Made by a program: the position numbers and the translations under genes | The notes under the pieces: model-generated | Databases searched by the model: none | What the model was told of the DNA's origin: nothing | What the model saw: only the letters and a program-made list of their open reading frames with translations | In this document: positions 7,656 through 16,758 of the stretch, piece after piece | Numbering within the stretch: position 1 is the stretch's first letter | Layout: every line of letters starts with the position of its first letter | Source: a virus | Lineage: Duplodnaviria > Caudoviricetes | Length of the DNA: 64,000 nt | Virus record (IMG/VR): IMGVR_UViG_2724679462_000002 | Span: 1 to 64,000 of that record | Direction: 5' to 3' (one strand)

Positions 7656-10600
7656 TCAAACGATTTCTATTTCCCCGTATCCAAAGCTGGTGGCCCAATG
7701 GGCCCATGCAGGATCGCGACGCTCGGACACCTCCGCGACATTCAGTCCTTCCAAGGCCGCCATCTCCTCCTCAAACTCCTGCTCGACGATCTGCTCGGTC
7801 GCCACCTTGTAGCTGTGTTGCTCAACAGGGGACATGTCTTGCATTGCCTCGGCCGCGATCAACTGCGTGTTCTCGAACCCCAAGATTTCGTCAACCTGCT
7901 CCCGGCTCCAGTGCATGATGTCGATCGTGCGGCTGGAGATGTTCGGCTCCTCGCCCGTGTCGAGGACGATGTCGTACACGTAGACGTCCTCGTCCTGACC
8001 GAGACGCTTGCAGCGGGCCACGGCCTGGTCGTACTCAAATGAGCGGAACGGCGAATTGAACATGACCATCGTGTTGGCCATGACGAGCGGCACGGCCGAC
8101 GAAAGCGATTGATACGTCGCAATCATCGGATTCGCGTCTTCGTTCTTGCCGAACTCCGTGACCATCTGGGCGAGTTCGTTGTTCGTCTCGCCATAGACAC
8201 GCAGCGGACCGTATCCACGCTGCTTCAGGTAGTCCGCGGCCGCATCGACCGCCGTCACATAGCTCGTGAACATCAGCGTCTTCTTGAGGCCCGTGTCGAT
8301 TTTCTGCTCGAGTCCCATGTACGGGATCATGTCGATCACACACTGCGCCCGCTTCCGCCCAAGGATCCGGCCGAGCGCCTCACCCTGCACTTTCAGCTTG
8401 TGGTACTTGACGACCGACTTCGATGTCTTGAAGTCCCCCTTCAGGTCCTTTGGCAGGGCCGGGATGATGACCTTCTTCTCGTAGTTGTTGCAGTAGGTCG
8501 CCGCATCCTTCATCAGAGACGGGTCATAGCCCTTGCGGATCAGCTTGATGTTCTTCTCGTACGTCTTGAAGGCATCCTTCTGCTCGGACGTCACCAGCGT
8601 CTTGTAGAAGTAGCTGAGCGCATTCTCGAACATGCGCTCATACATCCGCATGTTGCTCGTATAGTGCTTGATGCGTTCGTCGATGAAAGAGCGCATCTCG
8701 CTGCGAATCGACGCGAGCGTGTACTGGTCGCCGTTCGGGATCTTGATCTTGGATTCCGGGTGATGCACGGAGATCTTCACCACGTTGTTGCTGTCGACCT
8801 TGTAGGTGACCTTGCCCAGCCGGTGCGAGAGAATGTCGTTCGCACGAGCGCTCGCCTTGCCGTAGATCGCCCGGAAGCGTGCCTGAGCGTCCGGATCGAA
8901 CAACGGGTCGATCGTCCTGAAGAGCGGTGCCATCTCCCCGCCAATCGCCTTCACGGGCGTGCCCGACTCCCACAGCACGAATTGACAGCGAGTGAGCGCG
9001 CACAGATCGATAAAGAGCTGCGTGCGCAGTGCCGACTCTTCGTTCAACCCGTGCGACTCGTCCAGCAGGATGACGGGCTTGTGCCAGCTCTGCGTCTTCG
9101 CGAACTCCATAAACCGCTGGAGTGATTCCGGCGAGTCGTAGTGGACGATGTAGTACTTCTGCTTCGGCTTCGGCGGCGTTCCCATCTTGGAATGCCAGTA
9201 CGGCTGCGGGCGCTTGAACTGCGTGACGATCGTCTCTTCCCAAACCTTTTTCACAGCGCGGCTGGGACAGACGATGATGACGACATCCGCGTGCAGCTGG
9301 AGACCGAGCGCGATCCCCATATAGGTGTTGTGCGTAACGATAAAGTCGTCGGTAACGTACAGGCGCTCCTCGTCCGACACCGCAATGCACTGGGCGGGCT
9401 TCTGGCCAACATATTCGATGCTGTCAATGCGCAGTTTCAGATTCTCGCAGTACTGGTTGCTGTTGTTCAACCGCTCTTTCTTCCGAGGAAGGGTGAAGAG
9501 GTCCTCCGGGTACTTGTGGCGGATGCTGATCGTGAAGCACGTCCGACCATAGTCCTTCTCGCCCCGGTAGGTGAACTGCTTACGCTTGATACGGAGGCTT
9601 GCCATGCCGCCCAGCGAGCGAACCAGATACTGAACAGCCTCCGCAAGATCGAGACTCGTGCTGGTGAAGCTTGCGCCGCCCGTGAGTTCGCTCGTGCCGT
9701 CGGAATCGAGTAGTCCGTTAAGCAGATCGAGACGCTGTTGTCGGTTGCCAAGTAGATATTCATCAGGAACAAACTTCTCGTGCGCGCGCTTCCCTGCCAG
9801 CCCCACCTTCCGGATCTTCACACTTAGCGAGTTAGCTCGCTTACCCTCACCTTCGTACGCACCGTTCAGAGCGAACGACTTCCCATTGTCAATCCATTCA
9901 CCCACCCGCATATCGACATCGAGACGGGACCGTACCTTCTCCCTAATAAACTCTTCGGGCTTCGTAATCACGACACGACCTTTGCCGGAAATGCAGCCGT
10001 CGCCAAGAATCACTCCGAGCAGATAGGGGTCGATAGGCAGGTCCACTGCCGGCCCGTCCTCCGCCTCTATTAGCGGGATGTATGCCCTCATGTCAGCAAA
10101 GGACGTCGACTCCATGATTTCCTTCGTGGTGCGGACGTGCCAGTAGCCTTTCCTACGTTCATGGCGAAGATGGACTTTCCAAAGGTGGTCAGCAGAAGCC
10201 TCAACACTGCGTCCATCACTAAACGTGATGCGGTACATATCGATCGTGCCTTGCGGATAGACGCCGGTAACAGTCGTCACTGTTCCTTTCGGTGTAACGA
10301 CTTCAGTGCCGACGCGCATAGCACCCATGGTCGACCAACCGCCAGGTGTCTTGATAAGCGCGTCGAGGGCTAGGCTCTTCCCGGTACCAGGCCCTGCGCC
10401 GAGCATGGCGCCTCTCAGACCGAAGCGTGGCACCATCTCATTGAACCACGCGAAGAACCCGTCCTGGTGCTCCAGCGGGCTCCATTTGAGCTGGCTGAGC
10501 TGAGACTTATCCAGAATGTCCGGGTGCTTGATGATGGTCGTCTTCATCCACGTGTGTTCGTAGATGCCCTCGACGACCTTCTTCAATGCGCGGATGTTGT

Positions 10601-10844
10601 GCCCTTTCTTCTTCTCGTTGACGATGCGGGTGAACGCATAGACCACGTCGGGCGCGAAGAACCTGTTAAATACAACGTCCGACGGGGTTACCTTGGTGAA
10701 CATGTTGTCCACGATCTTGCTGGTGCCCCACACCTCGAAGATCGTTTTGGCGACCGAGTCGCCGGGCAAACCTGAGACCTTGATTAAATCGCCTGATTCT
10801 TCAACCCGAATGAGACCGATCAGCCGTTGTAGTGCCGAAAACAT
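7656..10844 (-). CDS. SNF2/DEAD-like helicase containing an intein
   Basis: Walker A GPGTGK|T split by the intein, LLDESH (Walker B), SGTP, QAVARCKRLGQ (motif VI). Confidence 0.9.
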   Translation of the reverse strand: MFSALQRLIGLIRVEESGDLIKVSGLPGDSVAKTIFEVWGTSKIVDNMFTKVTPSDVVFNRFFAPDVVYAFTRIVNEKKKGHNIRALKKVVEGIYEHTWMKTTIIKHPDILDKSQLSQLKWSPLEHQDGFFAWFNEMVPRFGLRGAMLGAGPGTGKSLALDALIKTPGGWSTMGAMRVGTEVVTPKGTVTTVTGVYPQGTIDMYRITFSDGRSVEASADHLWKVHLRHERRKGYWHVRTTKEIMESTSFADMRAYIPLIEAEDGPAVDLPIDPYLLGVILGDGCISGKGRVVITKPEEFIREKVRSRLDVDMRVGEWIDNGKSFALNGAYEGEGKRANSLSVKIRKVGLAGKRAHEKFVPDEYLLGNRQQRLDLLNGLLDSDGTSELTGGASFTSTSLDLAEAVQYLVRSLGGMASLRIKRKQFTYRGEKDYGRTCFTISIRHKYPEDLFTLPRKKERLNNSNQYCENLKLRIDSIEYVGQKPAQCIAVSDEERLYVTDDFIVTHNTYMGIALGLQLHADVVIIVCPSRAVKKVWEETIVTQFKRPQPYWHSKMGTPPKPKQKYYIVHYDSPESLQRFMEFAKTQSWHKPVILLDESHGLNEESALRTQLFIDLCALTRCQFVLWESGTPVKAIGGEMAPLFRTIDPLFDPDAQARFRAIYGKASARANDILSHRLGKVTYKVDSNNVVKISVHHPESKIKIPNGDQYTLASIRSEMRSFIDERIKHYTSNMRMYERMFENALSYFYKTLVTSEQKDAFKTYEKNIKLIRKGYDPSLMKDAATYCNNYEKKVIIPALPKDLKGDFKTSKSVVKYHKLKVQGEALGRILGRKRAQCVIDMIPYMGLEQKIDTGLKKTLMFTSYVTAVDAAADYLKQRGYGPLRVYGETNNELAQMVTEFGKNEDANPMIATYQSLSSAVPLVMANTMVMFNSPFRSFEYDQAVARCKRLGQDEDVYVYDIVLDTGEEPNISSRTIDIMHWSREQVDEILGFENTQLIAAEAMQDMSPVEQHSYKVATEQIVEQEFEEEMAALEGLNVAEVSERRDPAWAHWATSFGYGEIEIV
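9327..10376 (-). mobile_element. LAGLIDADG intein (350 aa) inserted in the helicase P-loop
   Basis: starts SLALDALIKTPGG, ends DDFIVTHN followed by Thr; two LAGLIDADG-like helices (LLGVILGDG, LLNGLLDSDG). Confidence 0.92.
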
Positions 10845-10870
10845 GGCGTCGTCCTATGATAAAAAAACAG

Positions 10871-10931
10871 ACTGCATAAAAGGAATTGCCCAAGGGACCC
10901 CTACAAGTGCTAGGGTTCCCTGGGCTCATCC
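10871..10931 (-). terminator. hairpin with TTTTATGCAG tail after dnaB
   Basis: minus strand GCCCAGGGAACCCTAG...TAGGGGTCCCTTGGGC, then TTTTATGCAG. Confidence 0.55.
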
Positions 10932-10961
10932 CTCAACAACGGAACTGCTTGTTACACAAGA

Positions 10962-12536
10962 TTAGGCGGCCTCGTCGAAGGCCCAGAACGGCGTCTCGTC
11001 ATTTGATCCAATCGGACCACCCCCAACCTTCTTGCGTGTCGTGTCCACGCCATTGACGTCGAACAAGATGCCGAACTTCGAGAACGGCAGCACGCAGAAG
11101 AGATCGCGGTGATCGGTCTGACCGATGATGCGGTGCTTGCCTCGCTGGATCGTGAGGAAGCTTTCGTTGTTACTCTTCTCGATATGGATGAAGATCTCGA
11201 GGTCCACTTCCTGGTCGATCTGTTTACAGCCGCGGTAGTAGCCCTTGCCAACCAGTTCCTTCACAAAGTCGCTCTTGCCGTCGCGGATCATCTGCTTAGC
11301 GTCGGTGGAGAGCTGGTGCGGTGTGACGAAGGCGATCTTGCGCGGCGAGCAGAAGTTACGAACGCGGCGGTAGAGGTCCTGCACGTCAGTGCCGGTCGGT
11401 CCTTGCAGGCAGCCCGTGGTCGGCATCATCGGCAGGTAGTCGACCATGCACATATGGATCTCGTAGCCATCCGCTTCCAGCTCGAGAATCTTGTTGCACA
11501 GATCCTTGTACGTCCACTCCGACGGATTGACGCGCAACATCTTGATCTCGTAACCGTTAACCCGCATGCGCTCCTGCACGTATGCGGCGATCTTCGTGAT
11601 GTAGGCGTCCAGCTCTTCCGGCGACATCGCCTCGAAGTCTTCCTTGGTCTTCTTGACGATCTCGGCTTCGCGGCCATCGAAAGCCATCAGCACTTCGTAC
11701 ATGTATTGAAAGTTCAGCTCGAGATCGTCCTCAAAGGAGATCCGGAGCAAGAGCGGCTTCTTCGTCGCGTCGATCATTTCCGGCTCATTGAAGAGCGCCA
11801 CGCCGATAAACGCGCCGAGGCTGAAGCCCGTCTTGAAGTTGTGCTGCAGTGCGCCGATCACCGTTTGCTGGCCGCGACGAAAACCACCACGCAACATTCG
11901 GTTCACGCCCTGCCAGCCCGTCCTCAAAATCCCACCACCGTTCTCGGTCTTCTGCACTTCGCTGAAGATATGCTTCACTTCGTCGATACGTGACAGATCG
12001 ACCTCGGCGACGATCGCCGGATCCTTCGCGGTTGCATCTACCTGATACGGTTCCAGCTCCGAGCACACCTCAGCCACGAACTGCTTCATATTCGTGACCT
12101 GCGTGCGGTTGAACCGCAGCTTGTTTGACGCCTGGAAGATGATCTCCTGGATCTTCTGCTCGCGGAAATACTCGTTCAAAGACCGACGCAGATTGACCGC
12201 CGTCTTCTTGATCTTGCTTTCCGTCAATTCCCTTTCGATGCCTTCGACGAACGACTCGTAAAGCTTTTCGTCCTCGCCGCAATCCACCTTCAATTGTTGA
12301 AGTATTTCGTTCGGCTCGTACTCGTGATCGAGCGGGGCTTCGCACATTGAGAGCGCGGTCTTCTTCAGAGCAGCGGTTATATCGCGCTCATGATCCAGAC
12401 CGATGGCCAGTTGTGGTTCCTTTATCTCGTTGATGATGCTCCTGACGAGAGCCCCCGAATTCTCATGGGCGCCCGGCAGCTGGCTCTCGCGGAACATGAG
12501 AGTGATGCACTTAACCAGCAGCAGTTTGTGGTTCAT
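10962..12536 (-). CDS. dnaB: DnaB-like replicative helicase (phiKZ gp118-like)
   Basis: LRTGWQGVNRMLRGG, GALQHNFKTG (Walker A variant), VDYL, TPHQLS, QRGKHR. Confidence 0.88.
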   Translation of the reverse strand: MNHKLLLVKCITLMFRESQLPGAHENSGALVRSIINEIKEPQLAIGLDHERDITAALKKTALSMCEAPLDHEYEPNEILQQLKVDCGEDEKLYESFVEGIERELTESKIKKTAVNLRRSLNEYFREQKIQEIIFQASNKLRFNRTQVTNMKQFVAEVCSELEPYQVDATAKDPAIVAEVDLSRIDEVKHIFSEVQKTENGGGILRTGWQGVNRMLRGGFRRGQQTVIGALQHNFKTGFSLGAFIGVALFNEPEMIDATKKPLLLRISFEDDLELNFQYMYEVLMAFDGREAEIVKKTKEDFEAMSPEELDAYITKIAAYVQERMRVNGYEIKMLRVNPSEWTYKDLCNKILELEADGYEIHMCMVDYLPMMPTTGCLQGPTGTDVQDLYRRVRNFCSPRKIAFVTPHQLSTDAKQMIRDGKSDFVKELVGKGYYRGCKQIDQEVDLEIFIHIEKSNNESFLTIQRGKHRIIGQTDHRDLFCVLPFSKFGILFDVNGVDTTRKKVGGGPIGSNDETPFWAFDEAA

Positions 12537-12631
12537 GTTTGTAAATACTGTGAGAAAGCTTTTTCTGGGTCATAGAAAAGACCCAGTGACTTTTTTATTT
12601 ACTGGTCCCTCTATTCGCTGGAGCAAACAAA

Positions 12632-13201
12632 GTGTCCAATGCCCGCCCACTCAAGCAGGTGATCCTCATTCCCTATTGGGTGCATGAGACGCTCGCCCGC
12701 AACAAACTGCCGCTGTCGGAGTGCTTGAACTTCGACGCCCTCAAGCCGCTTTCGAGCGTCAATGATCTGGTGTGCTTCTTGGGAATGCAGAAGTACTGCT
12801 CTCAGCTCATGGGAGTCGAGGGCGGCGACTGGAGTTTGCTCTTGCAGTGGGTTTCAAGTGCTCATGGTCAGAACAAGGTGTTCTTCGAGCAAACGATTTG
12901 TCCTCTGGAGCGTTCACTCAACGTCCAGGCGGAATTGCAGGCACGGCTATTTGCGCCGGAGTCGCGCATGCCTCACCACGCAGAACCCTTTTATATCTAT
13001 GACATCACACGCGAAGTCGCGGGTGTCGTGATTAATCCGGGTTTCTTCACGCAAGAGGCCGGCACAGAAGGTTATCAGGCCGCGCTGATCGTGCAGATCC
13101 TAAAGGTATTGTATGCGTACAACGCATATCACGAGGTGGCAGCGACACCTCTGTTCAAGCGTTATCTCGATCTGTTGTCTGCAAAGCAGTTGACGGTTTG
13201 A
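12632..13201 (+). CDS. conserved hypothetical protein between dnaB and the capsid gene
   Basis: 189 aa ORF filling the gap; position as recalled for phiKZ-like phages. Confidence 0.6.
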   Translation: MSNARPLKQVILIPYWVHETLARNKLPLSECLNFDALKPLSSVNDLVCFLGMQKYCSQLMGVEGGDWSLLLQWVSSAHGQNKVFFEQTICPLERSLNVQAELQARLFAPESRMPHHAEPFYIYDITREVAGVVINPGFFTQEAGTEGYQAALIVQILKVLYAYNAYHEVAATPLFKRYLDLLSAKQLTV

Positions 13202-13253
13202 GGTCAACAAGCCCCAGTAGTCTCTTTTTTAACTGTAACGGTTAGGATCACTC

Positions 13254-15467
13254 ATGACCACTCTGTTCGCAAACAAGAACCGCGGCGGCGTGCAGCCGAT
13301 GACACAACTGGACACCATCGTCCAATCGCTGCGCCATGAACAACACGATCGCGGCGTCGCATTCGCTTCCCCGCAAGTCTCGCGTGCTGCTTTCGCGATG
13401 GAAGGCATCAACGACACGATGCAAAGCGAGCTGAACAGCTCGGTGCAGTCGCTGAACGCCGCTCTCGAGCACATCGTGTCGGAACACGGCCTGCGCGACC
13501 TCACGCAAGCTCAGAAGGACGCAGCGCTGGCAGCAGCGACGCTCTCCGGCGACATCACCGGCGCGCTGCACGCGACCATCAAGCACGATCGCGTCTCGAC
13601 GGAAAGCATGAAGTTCATCGTCCCGCAGGGCGAAGACAAGATGCTCGAGCGCATCAAGCCGGCGCTGGAAGCGTACGACGAGAAGGAAAACAAGAACGCG
13701 GTGGTCTACTCCGTCGCGTACAACATGCAAGCCGCTCGCCAGGATGAATTCGGCGAAGCGTTCTACCCGACCGTCGTCGTGACGCCGGACCAGGTGGGCT
13801 ACACCGTTTCGATCCGCTTGATCGAGGTGTACAACGAAACGAAGCGTCCGATCTCGGGCGCACCGACGGCCAACTTCGGCCGCCGCAACATCGTGCAGGC
13901 TGTCATCGATCCGACGATCCTGCGCAACGACCAGACGAAAATCGTCCCGGTCGTGAACGACGAAGCGACCGCAGCTGGCTATTTCGTGCCGGCAGCAGCT
14001 GTCGCACCGTACAGCGTGATGCTCTCGGACGACACCGCTGTCTCGACCGCACCGCTGGCAATCGGCAAGAAGTTCTCGCTGCTCGGCATCTCGCAAACCG
14101 AAGCGCTGCTCGACACCGGCCTGCTCGACGTCACCGACGCGATCGACACGCAGCTCGCGCTCGACGCCGTGTACGTTCAATTCACGACGGGTGGCGCGAC
14201 GCCGACGACGGAAGTCGTGAAGTTCAACACCCGCCAGCTGCCGCTCGCGACGTTCAACTTCGCGGTGCAGGCGACGTACCGTCAGATGAACCTCCAGTAC
14301 GAGACCCAGTCTCTGCTGATCGGCCCGAACACGGTTCTGGCTGACGGTTCGGCATCGACGATCCTGTCGGCAATCGTGTCGGGTGGGTACGAAGCGCGCA
14401 TTGGTTTCTCGGTGTTCGGCTCGATCAACCTCGAACTCGGCAACACCGAACTGAACGCATCGAGCGTGTCGGTTGCAACGATCAAGAACAACAGCGATGC
14501 GACGCTGGACCTCTCGACGGGCACGGGCGCGACCCTGGCTGCGCTGATCGCGAACGCGAAGGTCATCGGCTACGATCTCGACGCACGTCGTACCAACAGC
14601 AACCGCCGTCAGCGCGGCCAGCTGCTGAACACGAACTTCTACAACCAGGTGTACACGGTGCCGCTGCTGGCTCCGATCACCATTCCGCGTCCGATGCAAA
14701 CGGGCGACTCGAACGATTCGTCGGATCTGGCTGCGCTCATCACCACGACGCGCATTCGTACGTCGAACGCAGCGGTCGACGAGCTGCTCCGCGTGCAAGA
14801 CCTGCTCGCAGAAACGACCAGCGCACTGAACACGTCGGCCACGCCGAACAGCGCGCAAGATACGCCGGAAATCATGGGCGTGTCGCGTTTCGTGGTTCAG
14901 CCGGCTTACATGTACAAGCCGCTGAACATCAGCACGTCGCTCGACTCGCTGTCGGCTCACCAGCGTGCTGCGGACATCCAGGCTACCCTGGTGAACGCAC
15001 TGCGTGACATGGCTTACACCCTGTACGTCCAGTCGGGCTACAAGGCAGCAGCCGATGCACTCGCTGGCGGCGTCGCACCGGTTCCGACCGTGATCATCGG
15101 TACGGATCCGTACATCGCGCGTTACCTGATGGTGACGGGCGACCTGCGTACGCTGGGCGGTCAGTTCGACGTGAAGATCGTGTCGACGCTCAACGAGCGC
15201 ATGTCGGGCAAGATCGTGATGTCGTTCGGCGACTTCTCGGCAGAGCGTGCTGGCGTGCCCAACCCGCTGCACTTCGGCAACATGGCGTGGAAGCCGGAAT
15301 TCACGGTCGTGCTGCCGATGATCCGCAACGGCGCGCAGTCGAAGGAACTGACGGTCCAGCCGTCGTTCCTGCACATCACGAACCTGCCGGTGATGGGCGT
15401 GATCGACGTGACGGGTATCAGCGCGGCTGCGGCTTCGAAGGTGCCGGTCAACTTCCATACCGTCTAA
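13254..15467 (+). CDS. major capsid protein (phiKZ gp120-like)
   Basis: 737 aa with very strong codon bias; ALEAYDE propeptide site, AARQDEFGEAFYPTVVV, RTNSNRRQRG, IIGTDPYIARYL, ELTVQPSFLHI. Confidence 0.92.
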   Translation: MTTLFANKNRGGVQPMTQLDTIVQSLRHEQHDRGVAFASPQVSRAAFAMEGINDTMQSELNSSVQSLNAALEHIVSEHGLRDLTQAQKDAALAAATLSGDITGALHATIKHDRVSTESMKFIVPQGEDKMLERIKPALEAYDEKENKNAVVYSVAYNMQAARQDEFGEAFYPTVVVTPDQVGYTVSIRLIEVYNETKRPISGAPTANFGRRNIVQAVIDPTILRNDQTKIVPVVNDEATAAGYFVPAAAVAPYSVMLSDDTAVSTAPLAIGKKFSLLGISQTEALLDTGLLDVTDAIDTQLALDAVYVQFTTGGATPTTEVVKFNTRQLPLATFNFAVQATYRQMNLQYETQSLLIGPNTVLADGSASTILSAIVSGGYEARIGFSVFGSINLELGNTELNASSVSVATIKNNSDATLDLSTGTGATLAALIANAKVIGYDLDARRTNSNRRQRGQLLNTNFYNQVYTVPLLAPITIPRPMQTGDSNDSSDLAALITTTRIRTSNAAVDELLRVQDLLAETTSALNTSATPNSAQDTPEIMGVSRFVVQPAYMYKPLNISTSLDSLSAHQRAADIQATLVNALRDMAYTLYVQSGYKAAADALAGGVAPVPTVIIGTDPYIARYLMVTGDLRTLGGQFDVKIVSTLNERMSGKIVMSFGDFSAERAGVPNPLHFGNMAWKPEFTVVLPMIRNGAQSKELTVQPSFLHITNLPVMGVIDVTGISAAAASKVPVNFHTV

Positions 15468-15549
15468 GGACGGGTTGGCGGGTGAGTGACGTAGGTGACT
15501 CGTTTCACTAGGGTCACCACCCGGAGCAGCAAGAAGGTCACTGGGGCTG

Positions 15550-15596
15550 ATGGTCCTCCTGGGTTCTTCGGGACCTGGGAGGACCATTTATGCCGT
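15550..15596 (+). terminator. capsid gene terminator with TTTATGCCG tail
   Basis: ATGGTCCTCCTGGGTTC-TTCG-GGACCTGGGAGGACCAT-TTATGCCGT. Confidence 0.75.
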
Positions 15597-16034
15597 TTGC
15601 TTTCTTTTCGCTTTCGAAGCGGCCTTACCTTCGGAGAGAACAACGCCTTTTGCGATCGAAGGAGGACTTCGAAGCCTCCCTTATTAATAGAGCCTCGGAG
15701 TTGAAAACGATCCGATTCTAGACCTTTTTAATCAGGACAAGCCGGCTACCGATCTCCTAGTGGAAATCGTTGGCTTCTTCGAAACTACAGTTCACGGGAA
15801 GTTTGAGAATCTCATTAGTACCGGGGGGTAGTGTAGGTGTACGGGGCTGACGCCCCTAATACCCTACTATGACACCTAGCTATGAGAAATCCTGGCAGGT
15901 GGTGACTAAAATATAGGCCGACCGCGGATTAGGTCCCGGCCAAAAAATTGGCGAGAAATTTTCTCTATAGGGGGGTCGCAGGGGGCCAGACTCGAATGGT
16001 AGGCTCACTCTCACACGCACGTTTGGAGAGGGCA

Positions 16035-16490
16035 ATGGACCATCTTCTGGAGCAAATCGCAGCAATCATAGCGATCGCAACCGGAGTGGGGATGTTCAAG
16101 CGAGAGCACCTCAGAAACTGGTTCACTCTCGGACGTTTCGTACTCAGCGTGGCAGTCGTGGTTGGGTGTGTGTGGGCATTGGTTATTCTGGCGATCAGCG
16201 GCAACGACATCAGTCATTACACGCGTGCGGACATATTACGTACTGTAATCGCCGCCGTACTTCTGGGTGGCACGGCCTTCCTGACGGTGCGTGATCTATG
16301 GAAGCCAAGGATGCGCACCCCTGAGCAAAGACGCAACCGCAGGGTCTTCTACACCTGGATGCTGCTGTGGGTGATCGGATCCTCGGTGCTGATGCTGGCG
16401 TATTTGAAGTTTGGCGTCTGCGCCGACATTCACAATGCCGAGTCTGAGCCAATGGGCTACTCGCAGTCTTGGTGGTGCCGGCATCTCTAG
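16035..16490 (+). CDS. multi-pass membrane protein
   Basis: GGAGAGG RBS; three to four hydrophobic segments. Confidence 0.65.
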   Translation: MDHLLEQIAAIIAIATGVGMFKREHLRNWFTLGRFVLSVAVVVGCVWALVILAISGNDISHYTRADILRTVIAAVLLGGTAFLTVRDLWKPRMRTPEQRRNRRVFYTWMLLWVIGSSVLMLAYLKFGVCADIHNAESEPMGYSQSWWCRHL

Positions 16491-16580
16491 CCGTCGTCGA
16501 CACCGCGACTAACCGATGACCGATCTGGCTGCGTAGCTCAGCCTTGGAAAGCCTTCGTAACGGTGGCCTACTCATAGTCT

Positions 16581-16611
16581 GCGACGGCACGGGCCGTCGC
16601 TTTATGCCGTC
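16581..16611 (+). terminator. hairpin with TTTATGCCG tail
   Basis: GCGACGGC-ACGG-GCCGTCGC-TTTATGCCGTC. Confidence 0.65.
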
Positions 16612-16618
16612 TCAATCA

Positions 16619-16637
16619 AATCTCGGTTACATATTAC
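16619..16637 (+). promoter_or_regulatory. putative early (virion RNAP) promoter
   Basis: AATCTCGGTTACATATTAC; near-identical copy at 61003; resembles the phiKZ early TATATTAC motif. Confidence 0.6.
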
Positions 16638-16758
16638 CTACCCGACGAAGGAATAAAGGAGTTTTAGTTTCAATCGAATTTGGGCGGGAGGAAATACGGA
16701 GACGCGGCAAGCAACGCGATTAACCAATCGCGAGAAATAAAGCAATGGGATTTTCTCT

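Noticed and set aside
7615-7656. 13-codon ORF MNNPSQVHFSRKG coupled to the helicase stop
   Set aside because: Too short to support, and it is followed by a terminator-like hairpin
13248-15587. 779 aa antisense ORF over the capsid gene, and similar long shadow ORFs (17941..19362, 20483..22081, 33663..35492, 51631..52887)
   Set aside because: Expected by-product of strong GC3 codon bias on the coding strand; the translations are R/V/H-rich with no recognisable motifs
15785-15925. Possible group I intron core (CAGTTCAC..., AAAATATAGGCC)
   Set aside because: No P7 pairing could be built and no interrupted gene flanks it
16527-16600. GGCTGCGTAGCTCAG...CTCATAG resembles the 5' half and anticodon loop of tRNA-Met
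   Set aside because: Spacing is wrong and there is no GTTCRA T-arm or acceptor-stem partner; at most a remnant or a chance match
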